The notes under the pieces: generated by a model
Database searches by the model: none
Seen by the model: the letters and a program-made list of their open reading frames with translations, nothing else
What the model was told of the DNA's origin: nothing
Assembly (NCBI RefSeq): GCF_009914755.1
Contig: NC_060928.1
Strand: one strand, 5' to 3'
Source of the DNA: the human T2T-CHM13v2.0 reference genome, Homo sapiens
DNA: 64,000 nucleotides
Made by a program: the position numbers and the translations under genes
Part shown: piece by piece, positions 12,980 to 24,300 of the stretch
Position numbering within the stretch: position 1 is the stretch's first letter
How the letters are laid out: each line of letters begins with the position of its first letter

Positions 12980-13350
12980 ACTTCACTAAGTGTTGTTGAT
13001 ACACAAACGAACAAAGCAGAAAAAAAGTCCTTAATACCTTGAAGCTTATATCCTATGATTATGTAAAAGATACAAATATATATTGAATGTGTTAGTGATG
13101 AAAGGTACAAAGGCTGATGGGTCTAGAAATGGAGTCTAAGTGAGAGTGCTCTCTTACATAAGGTACCTGAATGGGGAATTCATGTTAACATGATTTTGGA
13201 GCCAGGAATCTGAAGAAAGTGAATGATGGACCACGTGAATATCCAAAGAAAAGCATTCCACCAAAGAGAAATGTCCTACCATCTCTGAGGTAGAGGGGTT
13301 CTGACTTTTTGAGTGAACTAAAAGAAGCTCAATAAGATTGGAGTTTTAGT
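12980..13350 (-). mobile_element. L2 fragment
   Basis: GATACACAAACGAACAAAGCAGAAAAAAAGTCC..TTGAAGCTTATATCCTA ... AAAGCATTCCA..CTGAGGTAG typical of antisense L2. Confidence 0.5.
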
Positions 13351-15894
13351 AGAAAGACATATTGTTGGAAAAAGATTTTAGAAGATTTTGATACAATAAA
13401 AAGGTAACTAAACTTAATTCTAGGAATTTTAATAACTGCAAATATAATCATTGAATTCATCCTATTTGAATTTATCAGTCTATTTGTAATAGATACTATT
13501 CTCCTATTTCAAATAAATCTTTGAACTGTATCTCATGAAGGTATTCCAATTTTCTTTACAAAAATATAGATATGATTTTTTTAGTTTATTCTTCTATAGA
13601 CAGTATAGTTAAAAAAGTTAAAAAGTAAATTCCAACTTTTCCTTTTCTATTCTACATCTTCTTTTTCTTTTACACCCACACTCTAACCCAGTTATTTGTT
13701 ATTCTTTGTCTTCCAATTTCACTTTTTGAGAAAACTGCCATAATCACAATTATTGAATAAATGAAGGCTTTTAAATAATATCTTTATTCATCATGTTGCT
13801 ATTACTCCTGTTATAATTTATCTTGTAATTGTTTCTGTTTTGTCTCTATACTTTTCTGGGGGGGATTTAGCTTACATTATGCTCTCGTTGTATTTTCCAT
13901 CTCTGTCTTCCTGTTTTTACTAGATCATGTCCTCCAAATATTTACTAGCTCATAGCTGGGGTAAGGCATGGTTGTTCCTTCGGAAGCATTCTATTCACTC
14001 ACAGGTGAAATGCATTTGGTGCAATCAACAATAGTTGTGTAACACTATAAAACAATTCAAACCAATATTTTACCTTCATAGCAGCATTAGGAGATATACT
14101 GCTACTCATATTAAAAATATGAGTACAGTTTAAATTTGTTCTGCATTGAATTACTAATATTTTATTTACAAACCACTTTTTTTCTAGTACACATTACTGC
14201 CATTTTATGAGCGATTATCTATTCTTATTGTACTCATAGAGACATCTGAAGAGCATAGAGATGATAATATTTGCTGTAATACAATTCCAAAAATTAAATT
14301 CTTATATATAACTGCTAATTTTTTAAATGTTCTTTTGTATTTAGTTACTTTCTTCACTTATAGTATGTCCTTTGGCACTGGGTCAAATTGCCACATTTTT
14401 AACAATGTAATATACTTCAATGATATTTACTAGTTATTCCTTATTTAACATATGTTAAAGCAGTATGAGCTGATATAAGATTCTGCATATCTTGAAATCT
14501 CATGCTACTTTGTCAATAGATATATTTTAATATCAATAAATGCAAATACAATAAAGCAAACATGTATTTACCAAATATATAGTTTCAATATAAAACAAAT
14601 GTTTTATAATGTTTCTGGGATGACAAAAGTTCTACTAGCAATATCTTCCCAATAATGTTTTCATAAACATATTTTTAGTTAATGTATATTTTGATAAGTA
14701 GTTTACTTTCCAACTACAGTTCATGAAAAATAGTTAATATCTTTTTTTTTGCAGACATTTGTGAGAAAAACATTACTGTGCCCAAACTTGTCCAAGATAT
14801 ATTAAACTTACTCGAGAAAAAATTATGTGAAAGATGGTTATAACTATTCTGTTTGTTTTTACTTGTAGGAAATTCTGATTTCTAAGTGGTGCTTAAACAA
14901 ATATCTCAAAGGCTATCCCACAAGTGTATGTGCATTTATCAAAGGATAAAATAGATATGTATGAATATTGCCTAGGAGTACATTCCTTTAAAGGTCATCA
15001 TAATATTCAGATGGAATATGTCAACATGATTTCCCCATTTTATAATGACAGCCCCATCTTACAATAACTTCACAAATAAGAAATTAACAAAAACGTTATT
15101 TTTATCAATAGGTTTTCTCTTATTATTGCTTAAATAGACAATGAGTAATCGTGTCAGTTATGCTGTTTTTTAATATTTGCCAGTTTCAAAATTAAATTTC
15201 AGTTGTATAAACTCCATAAGATAGCAGGTTTTGTTCTTATTAGAACGTTGGCTCACATATTTCTAATAAAGTATAGAGATTCCTATGGCTCAATCTCAGT
15301 GTGAATTTGCATATAATGAAGCAAAGTCTAATAACAAGGAGTACAAAGAATTATAACTTATTTCAAAGTTTTACTGTCGTTCTTAAGACAATTCAGCATA
15401 ATCCAATTATTAATGTTTAGTAATATTTTTCAAATACCCATTTTGGTCATCACAGTTTTCTTGCCCCTTACTGTTGCTCTTAAATATTTTCTTCTCCAAA
15501 AATCTAAACCTTTTTATTAGGCTTGTAGTTACGCTTTTGTCATCATTATCGTTTTTCCTTCTCCTTATTTATTTCCTTGTATTCTCTTGCAGATCTTTGT
15601 GCTGTTTAACTTATATTTTCTTTGGAGGCCTTCATCAACCTCCTACGACTTTATTACATCCCCCTCCATATTAATTTAACTTGCAGTCATAAACTTCAAG
15701 CTTTGTTAACTACCATATGCAGTTTGCTGGCAGAAAAAGAAGGGGAAAAGTGGAAAAAAAGAAAAAGACATATACACACAAAATACGCAAAATGTCTTTT
15801 TAAAATATTGGATTATAGATACAAACATTTACATCTTATAAAAAGTTGTAATTACAAAAAGTTTAGCTCATACATAATATTATGTATATTTCAA

Positions 15895-16499
15895 TAGTTA
15901 CCTCTTATCCATGCAGCATACATTTCAAGACCCTCAGTGGATGCTTGAAACCACGAATAGTACCAAACTCTATATACATATCCCAAACATAGATATGCGT
16001 ATCTATGTGTTTTCTCTATATGTGCATGCTTATGATAAAGTCTCTCTTTCTCTCTCAAAATATCTTATTGTAATGTTCTACCCCTTTCACCTTTTCCCCC
16101 CTTCGTTTTCCTTGGCATATCCGAATTGCCAGCATCACTACTCTTGTGCTTTGGAATCATAATTGAGTAAAATAAGGGTTACCTGAATATAAGCACTGTG
16201 ATACTATCAGTTAATGTAATAACCAAAGTGTCTACTAAGTGACTAACAGGCAGTTGGCATACACAGCATGGATATGCTGAACAAAGAGATTATTCACATC
16301 TCAGGTGGGATGGGGCCTGAGAGAAGAGTGCTAGATTTTAACATGCTACTCAGAAAGGTCTGTGATTTAAAACTTACATATTATTTATTTATGGAATTTT
16401 CTAGATAATATTTTCAGAACTTATTTGACCATGGGTAATTGAAACCATGGGAAGCAAAACTGTAAATATGGGCATGGGCATTGGGGGAAGAAATGCCTG
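15895..16499. mobile_element. MER44B-like (Tigger7) DNA transposon
   Basis: CTTATCCATG..TTCAAGACCCTCAGTGGATGCTTGAAACC, GGCATATCCGAATTGCCAGCATCACTACTCTTGTGCTTTGG, GGGTAATTGAAACCATGGGAAGCAAAACTG. Confidence 0.85.
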
Positions 16500-16526
16500 T
16501 ATATAAATTTAAATTATATAAGTTTA

Positions 16527-16606
16527 GATTATATATATATACACACACACGTGTATATATGTATATATGTGTGTGTGTATATATATGTGTATGTATATGT
16601 GTATAT
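16527..16606. repeat. Compound (TA)/(CA)/(TG) microsatellite
   Basis: Directly visible alternating dinucleotide tracts. Confidence 0.8.
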
Positions 16607-18084
16607 CCTCAGCTGTTATACTTTTAAAAAACTCTCCAGAACAAGAATAGAAACAGAACAAAATCCATGTTTGTACAGACACTGATGGTTTAGTTATACA
16701 TTTTTCAGACAGTAAACAAAACAAAAAGAGAAACAAAATATGCTTTGACATTTGCATTTATTTCCTATGAAAGAATCTTCCTTTTAAGAACAAAGATTAT
16801 ATCTTTAAAACGTTTTATACATCACTGTTTACTAAAATCTTGACAAAACTGCTCCTTTCATTGATTATTCCATAGTAACCAAACAACTCATTCTCACAAA
16901 GCCTTAAAACAATGTTTCTGGGCTGTACCATTAGTCCCATCTACAAAAATGTGCAAAATAGTAAGGAAGAAACATTTCCTTAAATGTTTTCCCAAATACC
17001 TCCCTCATGGGGAATAAAATTCACCATGTATACTTTGGTTTCATTTGACATGCTGAGGCACCAAATGATGAGTTAATATTTGTATGATGTATGGATTCTT
17101 TGTGATCAGGCAGTAAAACATGGATTATTATGTTTATGACTTTGTAAAAACAGTATTTTATGCCATTGAAAATCTTCAGGTAAGTTTGTGAGACTCTGAT
17201 TGGAGCTATCTTTTGAATAAATGCCTAATTGTTAGTGATATATTATTACTCTTCTGCACCTTTTTAGTTCTGCTTAGAAGCATATTTACATTTACTTAAC
17301 CCATATAATCAGAATATTTTTTCCTCAGCAGAAGAAAATTATTTTGACATTTCAGTTATTTCTTTCACACATGAACATGGAAATTCCGAATGGCCTTCAT
17401 TTTCTCTAAATTTTTCAACTACGAAGCCTCAGAAAATGTTGCAATATGGACTGGTGAAAGGCTGAAGCAGAGGCCACCTGGGACCATCTGGGAAGAGTCT
17501 GATGGAGAAGCCAGCAAAGCCAGCTCCGTACTGGAGGTCTTGTGCTCCATCTGCACTTCCAAAGTTCAACTGAGTACAAGGCACTTTGCTGGGAACAATA
17601 CTGTTAGGGAAAAGAAAGTGACACACAAAAAAATACACATAAGCACACTAATTTAAGGTGCTTGATTCTTAACTAGAAATAAACATAGATTTGACAATAT
17701 TTCTTTTTCTCCAAAATATATTTACTATGCTCCTAAATTGTAGATTTATAAATATAAACATTAAATATTAAATACTATACTAAATTGTGTATAGTACAAT
17801 TATATGTGTACATATGTGTATATACATATATGTTATACATCACACAAACACACACCACATCATATTTCATGGCACTGAATGTTTTCTTTTCTAATATTAA
17901 TGATAGTATGTTACGTTAATGTAACCAGGCTAAATAGATACTTCCCTGATGGCCAGCATTAGCCAGTAAGAAATCTATTATTTGAGATTTAGTTACTATG
18001 GGAGGAAGGAGGAAATGGCCCCTTAAGTTAAAAACTTGACATTCATTTATAATTCTTGCCAGAATCAATCATTACAATAGGAGT

Positions 18085-18588
18085 TTAATTTAGTCAGAGT
18101 TTAATCACAGAACCACTATGAGATACGTAATAAGGTAAAGTTGGTAGAGAGATCAGAAACAAGGATTGCAATATCAGAAGAATCACGAACACAATCCATC
18201 TGAGATCCCCAAAATAGCCTGCGGCTAAAGTGAGCTAAGAAAGAGGGAGCCAGTGATATTTATAAGAAACTGTTGTCTGGTTGACCTAATACTCATTGAT
18301 GGGCCTTGGGGTGTTACTTAGCAAGGCTTATAGCTGGGAAAAAAGAAGTGAACATGAGATAGAAAGTGAGGGCAAGCTGAAACCCACTAGAATGTCTGCA
18401 ACTGTCTCTCACCTCTAACCATAACAATCGTCAGAAAGTAATCATGGCCGCTACGCTTCCAATCTTATATCTCTTACACATTTCTATTTTGGCCAAACCT
18501 AACCTGGCAGCATATAAGGAAAGAAATTGGGGGTATTTGGAGTTTCAACTTGACTAAGGCCCAAAATTTTACAGTATAAATAGTCACA
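18085..18588 (-). mobile_element. ERV-L 3' LTR (family uncertain, LTR41/LTR52-like)
   Basis: Begins TGTG on minus immediately after the PPT-like AAGTTGACAAGGGGTAGGC; left boundary approximate. Confidence 0.55.
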
Positions 18589-19215
18589 GCCTACCCCTTG
18601 TCAACTTGGCCTCTTTGCATACACCTTTTAATCACATTTAATTTCCAGATAAAAACAATGATAAAATCAGGCCAGCTGCTTCAGGATGAATTATGTTACT
18701 AAGATGATTGTAATAACTTACTATTATTAAGTGAATTCCCTATCGGAAGACTTGTGTGGGGAACATGATGAGTAAGATATTCTGTAAGCCCACTGATGAT
18801 GTTATGGCAGAAATATAGTAGACTAGGAAGGCAAACCCATATCCACGTTGTTTATTTAATGCTAACAAATTGTTACCCCTTCCGTTATGGCTGAACAGCT
18901 GGTTTTGTGGGTGAATGGTGCTAAAACATGTTCTTGGCATTGGTATCCACTGTTGGTAGCTTTGACATTTAGCAGTGGCTGTAACCAGATCAACCTGGGA
19001 AGTAAAGTTCATGTTATCAAGCCCAGACTTAAATTTTATTCCTGCCATCATGGCCACTTTGTTTATTAGCCTATTGGCAAGAACAGAGATGGCTAACACC
19101 TCAAGAACAGGGCATCTTGTCCACCTGATTATTGAGATTTTACTCTGCTCAAGTTGTTTTTGGGGTGAATATTCATACAGATAACGGGTATCTTCATACT
19201 TTATGCCCATTTGAA

Positions 19216-19216
<1 letters not shown>

Positions 19217-19264
<48 letters not shown>
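19217..19264. repeat. (TCTA)12 tetranucleotide STR
   Basis: Perfect run counted from the sequence. Confidence 0.95.
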
Positions 19265-19266
<2 letters not shown>

Positions 19267-19305
19267 ATTTATCCATCTGTCTTTCCCAGATATCCTTATG
19301 TATAA

Positions 19306-19609
19306 TTTTTTGTTTTGTTTTGTTTTGAGAGAGAGTCTCGCTCTATCTCCCAGGCAGGAGTGCAGTGGCACGATCTCGGCTCAAGGCAATCTCTGCCTCC
19401 CGGGTTCAGGTGATTCTTGTGCCTCAGCCTCCTGAATAGCTGGGATTACAGGTGCCTGCCACCACGCCCGGCTATTGTTTGTATGTTTTTTAGTAACGAT
19501 GGGGTTTCACCATGTTGCAGGCTGGTCTCAAACTCCCGATCTCAAGTGATCCTCCGACCTCGGCCTCCCAAAGTGCTGCAATTACAGGAGTGAGCCACTG
19601 TGCCCAGCC
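19306..19609 (-). mobile_element. AluS (Sz/Sx-like)
   Basis: Full antisense Alu body with (TTTTG)n tail; CTCAAGTGATCC. Confidence 0.9.
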
Positions 19610-19618
19610 AATTCTCTA

Positions 19619-19620
<2 letters not shown>

Positions 19621-19660
<40 letters not shown>
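19621..19660. repeat. (TG)20 microsatellite
   Basis: Perfect run. Confidence 0.95.
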
Positions 19661-19663
<3 letters not shown>

Positions 19664-22600
19664 CAAGTCCCTGTCCCTGATCATACAGTGCTAGAATTAG
19701 CCAGTGATTCAGTGCCCATGAATAACTGCTCGGTATCTTGGCTATTTTCTTCCCTGTAAAAGCAAAAACAAAAATAAAATGACAATAACAACAGGCATAT
19801 ACTGTTTAAAATTCTATCCACCAACAATATTTTATTTCACTAGTGTTTTGCAGAATCATACATAAATATGAAAATAGCACTAAACTAGGAACTTTCATGT
19901 GATTGCAGGGTGCTATAAAGTATGTCTTTTTTTCTTCTTCTTCCTCATTCAGCCAGTCATAGTGAATCCTCCATGAGGTCAGAGATTGAGGTTGAGAGGG
20001 AGAGTAGGCAATGTGGCCCTTCCTTAAAAACTGCATTTTGGGCTTTCTTATGCCTTCCATTGTTATGAATACATGTCATAGGACTAAGATAATTTACTTT
20101 TTAATTTTAGTACATAGAGATTATTTGGAAAGTTCACTCATCTTCTAAATCATCATACTTTCAATTATATATATATATATGCATGCATATACATATATTC
20201 TTATATGAGTTTTTAGCCAAGTAAACTTTAATTTGTGCTGATTTTAATTAAATGTTTTATTTTAAATGAACTACATTTATTTTATAATAATATAATTAGT
20301 TCAAATTAGATAACTATATTACAATGGGTAAATATACTAATACATCCATTTTCATATATTCACAAAAATATATGTGTTTTCTGGAAAGTAATTGGATTTC
20401 CATATATCTCTGTCAATAAAACAATGAACTGATTTTTGTTGTCCTACACCAACCTCCTTTTGCTTGTTATAAAATATAATTTTTGTTTGTTTTTAAACTC
20501 AATAAGAAATGGGTCTTTATTTGTAAAGTTAGTGACTTTTTAATTAGCAACTCAAATGTTGAAAAACAGCTTTCATTGATAGAATTAGTCAAGATATTGG
20601 CTCAACTCTTTTAACATCACTGGAAGTTGTGGCAATCTAAGAACCCGTATAATTTGAATTCTTCAGAATGGTGCTCATGATTCTTTAATGTTCCCATTGC
20701 GGGTTCAGAAAATTCTTGTTGCTGTATGTAAGTGATGTTCAGCTGAACAAGCCTCTGAAATTTCATCACATTTTTTCTAGATGAACCTTTCACACAGGAG
20801 ATTTTAGAGCACTAAAATGTAGAGTGAGCTGCAGTGTGTGACTATTTAGTACTCTGCTTGCTAATAAAAGACTCTAAGCATGGTAAAATTAGACTGAAAA
20901 TAGTGGTTATCAAGTTATAGCAAAAATAATCTAATAGATGCACCTAGCCCAACTGACAGGGTGGTGCACAGCTGCAATTGAGTCTGATTTTTATTACAAA
21001 ACTTCTGACATGTGTAAGAGATATTCATGGATATATTCATGCAATTGGAGAGCGTACGAGGTAGCAGATACAGAGGTCATTATAGTTTAATATAGGTCTT
21101 TGGGGCAGTATTAGAAATTCTTGATAATGTTATTACTAGAAATGGTTTAAAATCAAATCATACTTAGGGGTTACTTATTCAGGAATATAAGTTATTTAAC
21201 AAAGGACAACTAATAAAGAACTAATGAAGATGGTTTCTTTTCTCTTTTACATTTTTTTTTGCTAGTAATCCAGGGCAAAAATATTGTATCTATAAATCTC
21301 TATTTTACCTTGATCTTATCATTTGACTACTAATTTTACTAAGGCATCCCATTTCATAATGTTGAGAAACAATACAATATAAACATATAAAAAGTATTGT
21401 CAATCTGAATACCTTATCACAGCTTTAGATGTCTGTATACATGCACATGCTTCTTAAAATAGTGAACAATAAAGATGATGTAGAAAACAGAACTTTAGGA
21501 TATTAAAAATTCATTTGGCAAATCTGAACTTAGATCAATGTTTCTGACAGCATTCAACCTCAGAAAGTATATTTCACTTGGGTCATTCCTTGCCTTTGCC
21601 CAGCTGGCATTTTTGAGCGGTTTTATTTTTATTTCTTCATTTTCAAACACTCAGTCACTTCTTAAAATGTTATTTATTTTCCTGTACTGATTACTTCTGT
21701 AATCCCTTGTCACTTGGAAAAAAATGCCTTGGCAAAAAATGTCATCAGGTTACATGGTCAAAGGAAATGCAAGTGTTCCTTTAGGCAATCTTAATTTGAA
21801 TTTCATTTACATGCAATATGATATTCTACAACTAGCTGGAAGATATATTCATACATTTCAAAGAATTTCAGAGGAGGAAAAAGACAAAGCAATATTCAGG
21901 AGTTGAAACAGATGCTATTGGTGTCATGATTTATCATTTTCCCTTCACTGCAAAAACTCCATGCTCAAACAATGTGAGTTTACAGTAACACTTGGTGTGG
22001 GGGCAAGAGCGTAGCTAAGAATCACAGATTTATTGGATTTTTTTCTATTTAAATGTAATCATGTTTCCTCATTCTATTTCAATCTCAAGAAACTTTCATT
22101 ATATTAAAATGGCTAGAAAGAAGGCATTTGAACATTATGTTGCATTTCCAGAAAGCAACATTCCAAGGTTATCTGTATGCCCACAGTGTATCAATAGGAA
22201 GTAACCACCTTCATCCTAGACATCTGTGGGTATAGTCTGCAGTAGAAAATCTACTCCTCAGCAGTAATGCATAAGTTATGGAAAAAATATAAAGGTGTTG
22301 AAAAAAGAGTTAATGATTGTGAGAATAAAATGCATTCTTTATAAAACAAATCTTATTATTTTATTTCTTATAAAGAATGTCTCCATGTAGTCTGATTATA
22401 TCCTTCCAATTCTATGGCTTTTGGAAGCCCAATTCATTCCCCCAAATTTCCTCATATTTGGTGCATAGCCCTGAAAAAATTCTTATAGCCTCCTTTATCT
22501 TTAGTTTCCTTTAGTAAATTCCGATGTCTCCATAAGTCACATGATTCCAGATACAGAGTTCTCTCTTTCTTCTCTCTCTCTCATTCTCTCATTATCTCTC

Positions 22601-22769
22601 ATACTATTTCTATGTCTAATTTTGTTTCTGTTCTATCTCTAATCTCTATATTTTTCTTCTTCTAACTCTAACTCTAGTCTCACCTCTACCTTTCTACCTT
22701 AAAAAGGGTCCATAAATACAGTAGACTTTGTATGAATATGTGCCAAGAAAATTACAATCATATTGTAGC

Positions 22770-23180
22770 TTGTGATATCCATGAGAATGTACCTTGCAAA
22801 TCTCTAAATTTAGGAACATACTTACTTGACTAAAGGCCCTAGCTGCTGCACTCTGAAATTCATTGCATACATGTGCATCCAATGATCATGACAGCAACAG
22901 GCAGTTTTACTAAGGTAGGCCCACTGCCAGCACGCATGGGACCCCCTGTGGGAGCCAATTTTGGTTAGAGGACACCCTCCTAACCAAAGGTGATTGCTGA
23001 ATATTCCTGGATGGCATTCTAGCATACTTTTATTAAACCTTCTCTTCTTTCTCCTTTCACTCGGGGTCAGTGTTCCACTGTGGTCAGATGGCTCTCTCAG
23101 ACTCCTTTGGCTGTGTCCCTCTCATCTGTCACACGGTATTTTCTCTAATAAAATATTTCCCTGTTTAATTCCCTCTTGAT
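22770..23180 (+). mobile_element. ERV-L LTR, LTR16-like
   Basis: CCATGAGAATGTACC..AAATCTC start; CTCCTTTCACTCGGGGTCAG..GATGGCTCTCTCAG; CTAATAAAAT..TTAATTCCCTCTTG end. Confidence 0.6.
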
Positions 23181-23189
23181 AGTTATCAA

Positions 23190-23928
23190 TGTGTTGAACA
23201 TTAGTTCGAAATTCACCCTAATCTCTGGATTTATGAAAATGAATCTGAGCCCTTTCAATATCTTTCCTCTGACAGCTGGCATCACAATATGCTTTGCAAT
23301 GGGGGGCACAGGAAAGGCATTCCAGGGGGAAAAAAGACTTTTTCTTCCTAATTCCAGTGTGCTCATTTGTGCAGGCTTCTGTTTACAGTTTCCTCCAGTA
23401 CCAGTGTCCTTCAGCACTCAGCTTTTCACATTCCTAGCTTCTGAGGTGCTCAGTGGCTCGCAGCAACCCAGCACTCAGCAGCTACGTCTGGCACTTCGTT
23501 TTGGACAGTTTTGTAAGCCGAATGCTTCTAGGGAGGCAACTTCTCTGCTCAAAACAACTTTCCCTAGGATCCTAGAGGATACAAATTTGTAGCAAATTCC
23601 AGAAGGCAGAAATTACAGGACATTCTTCCAATACAGCACCACAGCAACTTCTCTGTTATTTGGAAAACCGTGGAATTGGTCTTTACAGTAAGGTTAGGAC
23701 CTCGGCACTGTGGGAGAGGAGTGTCTTTCTGGGTTGCTCTGTCTCAACCCTGGAATAGCAGCAGTTTCTTACATCCGCTATTCTTATATTTCTTAGGGTT
23801 CTGTTTTTACTATCCAATCTTTTTTGTTCCATTCCCCTTTTTTAGTTTAAAATTCTTTTATTAAACTCCCTCCCCCTGTTAGAATTACTGTGTGACTCAT
23901 CTCTCCTGCTAGGACTAAGACTGACACA
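23190..23928 (+). mobile_element. ERV-L LTR, LTR33-like
   Basis: 3' end ATTAAACTCCCT..CCTGTTAGAATTACTGTGTGACTCATCTCTCCTG..GACTGACACA resembles the LTR33 terminus. Confidence 0.6.
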
Positions 23929-24192
23929 GCATAAATTTCACCCAGGATCTGGACTAACACACAACACACTTCAAATAATGAATAGGGCTTGACTCTTCTT
24001 ATCATGCCACTGTGGTAGAGCAGGGGACTTTTGTCTGCACTCGCTGTTTTTTCTCCCTCAAATATTTTGAACCAGCTGACCCCTGTGCCTGGGAGTTCTT
24101 TGAAACTCAATGAGCTTGTCAAGTCATATTCCAAAGTAAAGCCAGTTCATTTCATCTAAGATTTTTGATAATGCCATTTTAAATAGCATTTT

Positions 24193-24300
24193 CCTAATTA
24201 GGTAAAGCAAACATTTACTCTTATAGGTAAAGCAAACATTTACCCTTATAGTTTATCCCTAATTAGGTAAAGCAAACATTTACTCTTATAGTTTATCCCT
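24193..24300. repeat. Near-perfect local tandem duplications (three copies of TAGGTAAAGCAAACATTTACYCTTA)
   Basis: Copies start at 24199, 24224 and 24264, the last two followed by TAGTTTATCCCT. Confidence 0.9.

Larger units (their letters stand above)
18589..20060 (-). mobile_element. ERV-L internal fossil: RNase H and integrase remnants plus PPT
   Basis: Translations SWRIHYDWLNEEEEEKKTYF (cf. SWGVPYDQLTEEEKTRAWF), DLVTATAKCQSYQQ (cf. DLATATAECPICQQ), GYGFAF and HPEAAGLI match ERV-L Pol; frameshifted and interrupted by an STR and an Alu. Confidence 0.85.

Noticed and set aside
17100-17186. Plus-strand perfect donor CAG|GTAAGT at 17179/17180 as an exon end
   Set aside because: Only a weak upstream acceptor and no supporting context; isolated donors occur by chance
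23176-23592. 138-aa ORF
   Set aside because: Lies within an LTR33-like element, non-ATG start, no homology I recognise
24193-24300. Repeat-spacer-like pattern resembling a mini CRISPR array
   Set aside because: No unique spacers, primate context and no cas genes; it is a slippage duplication
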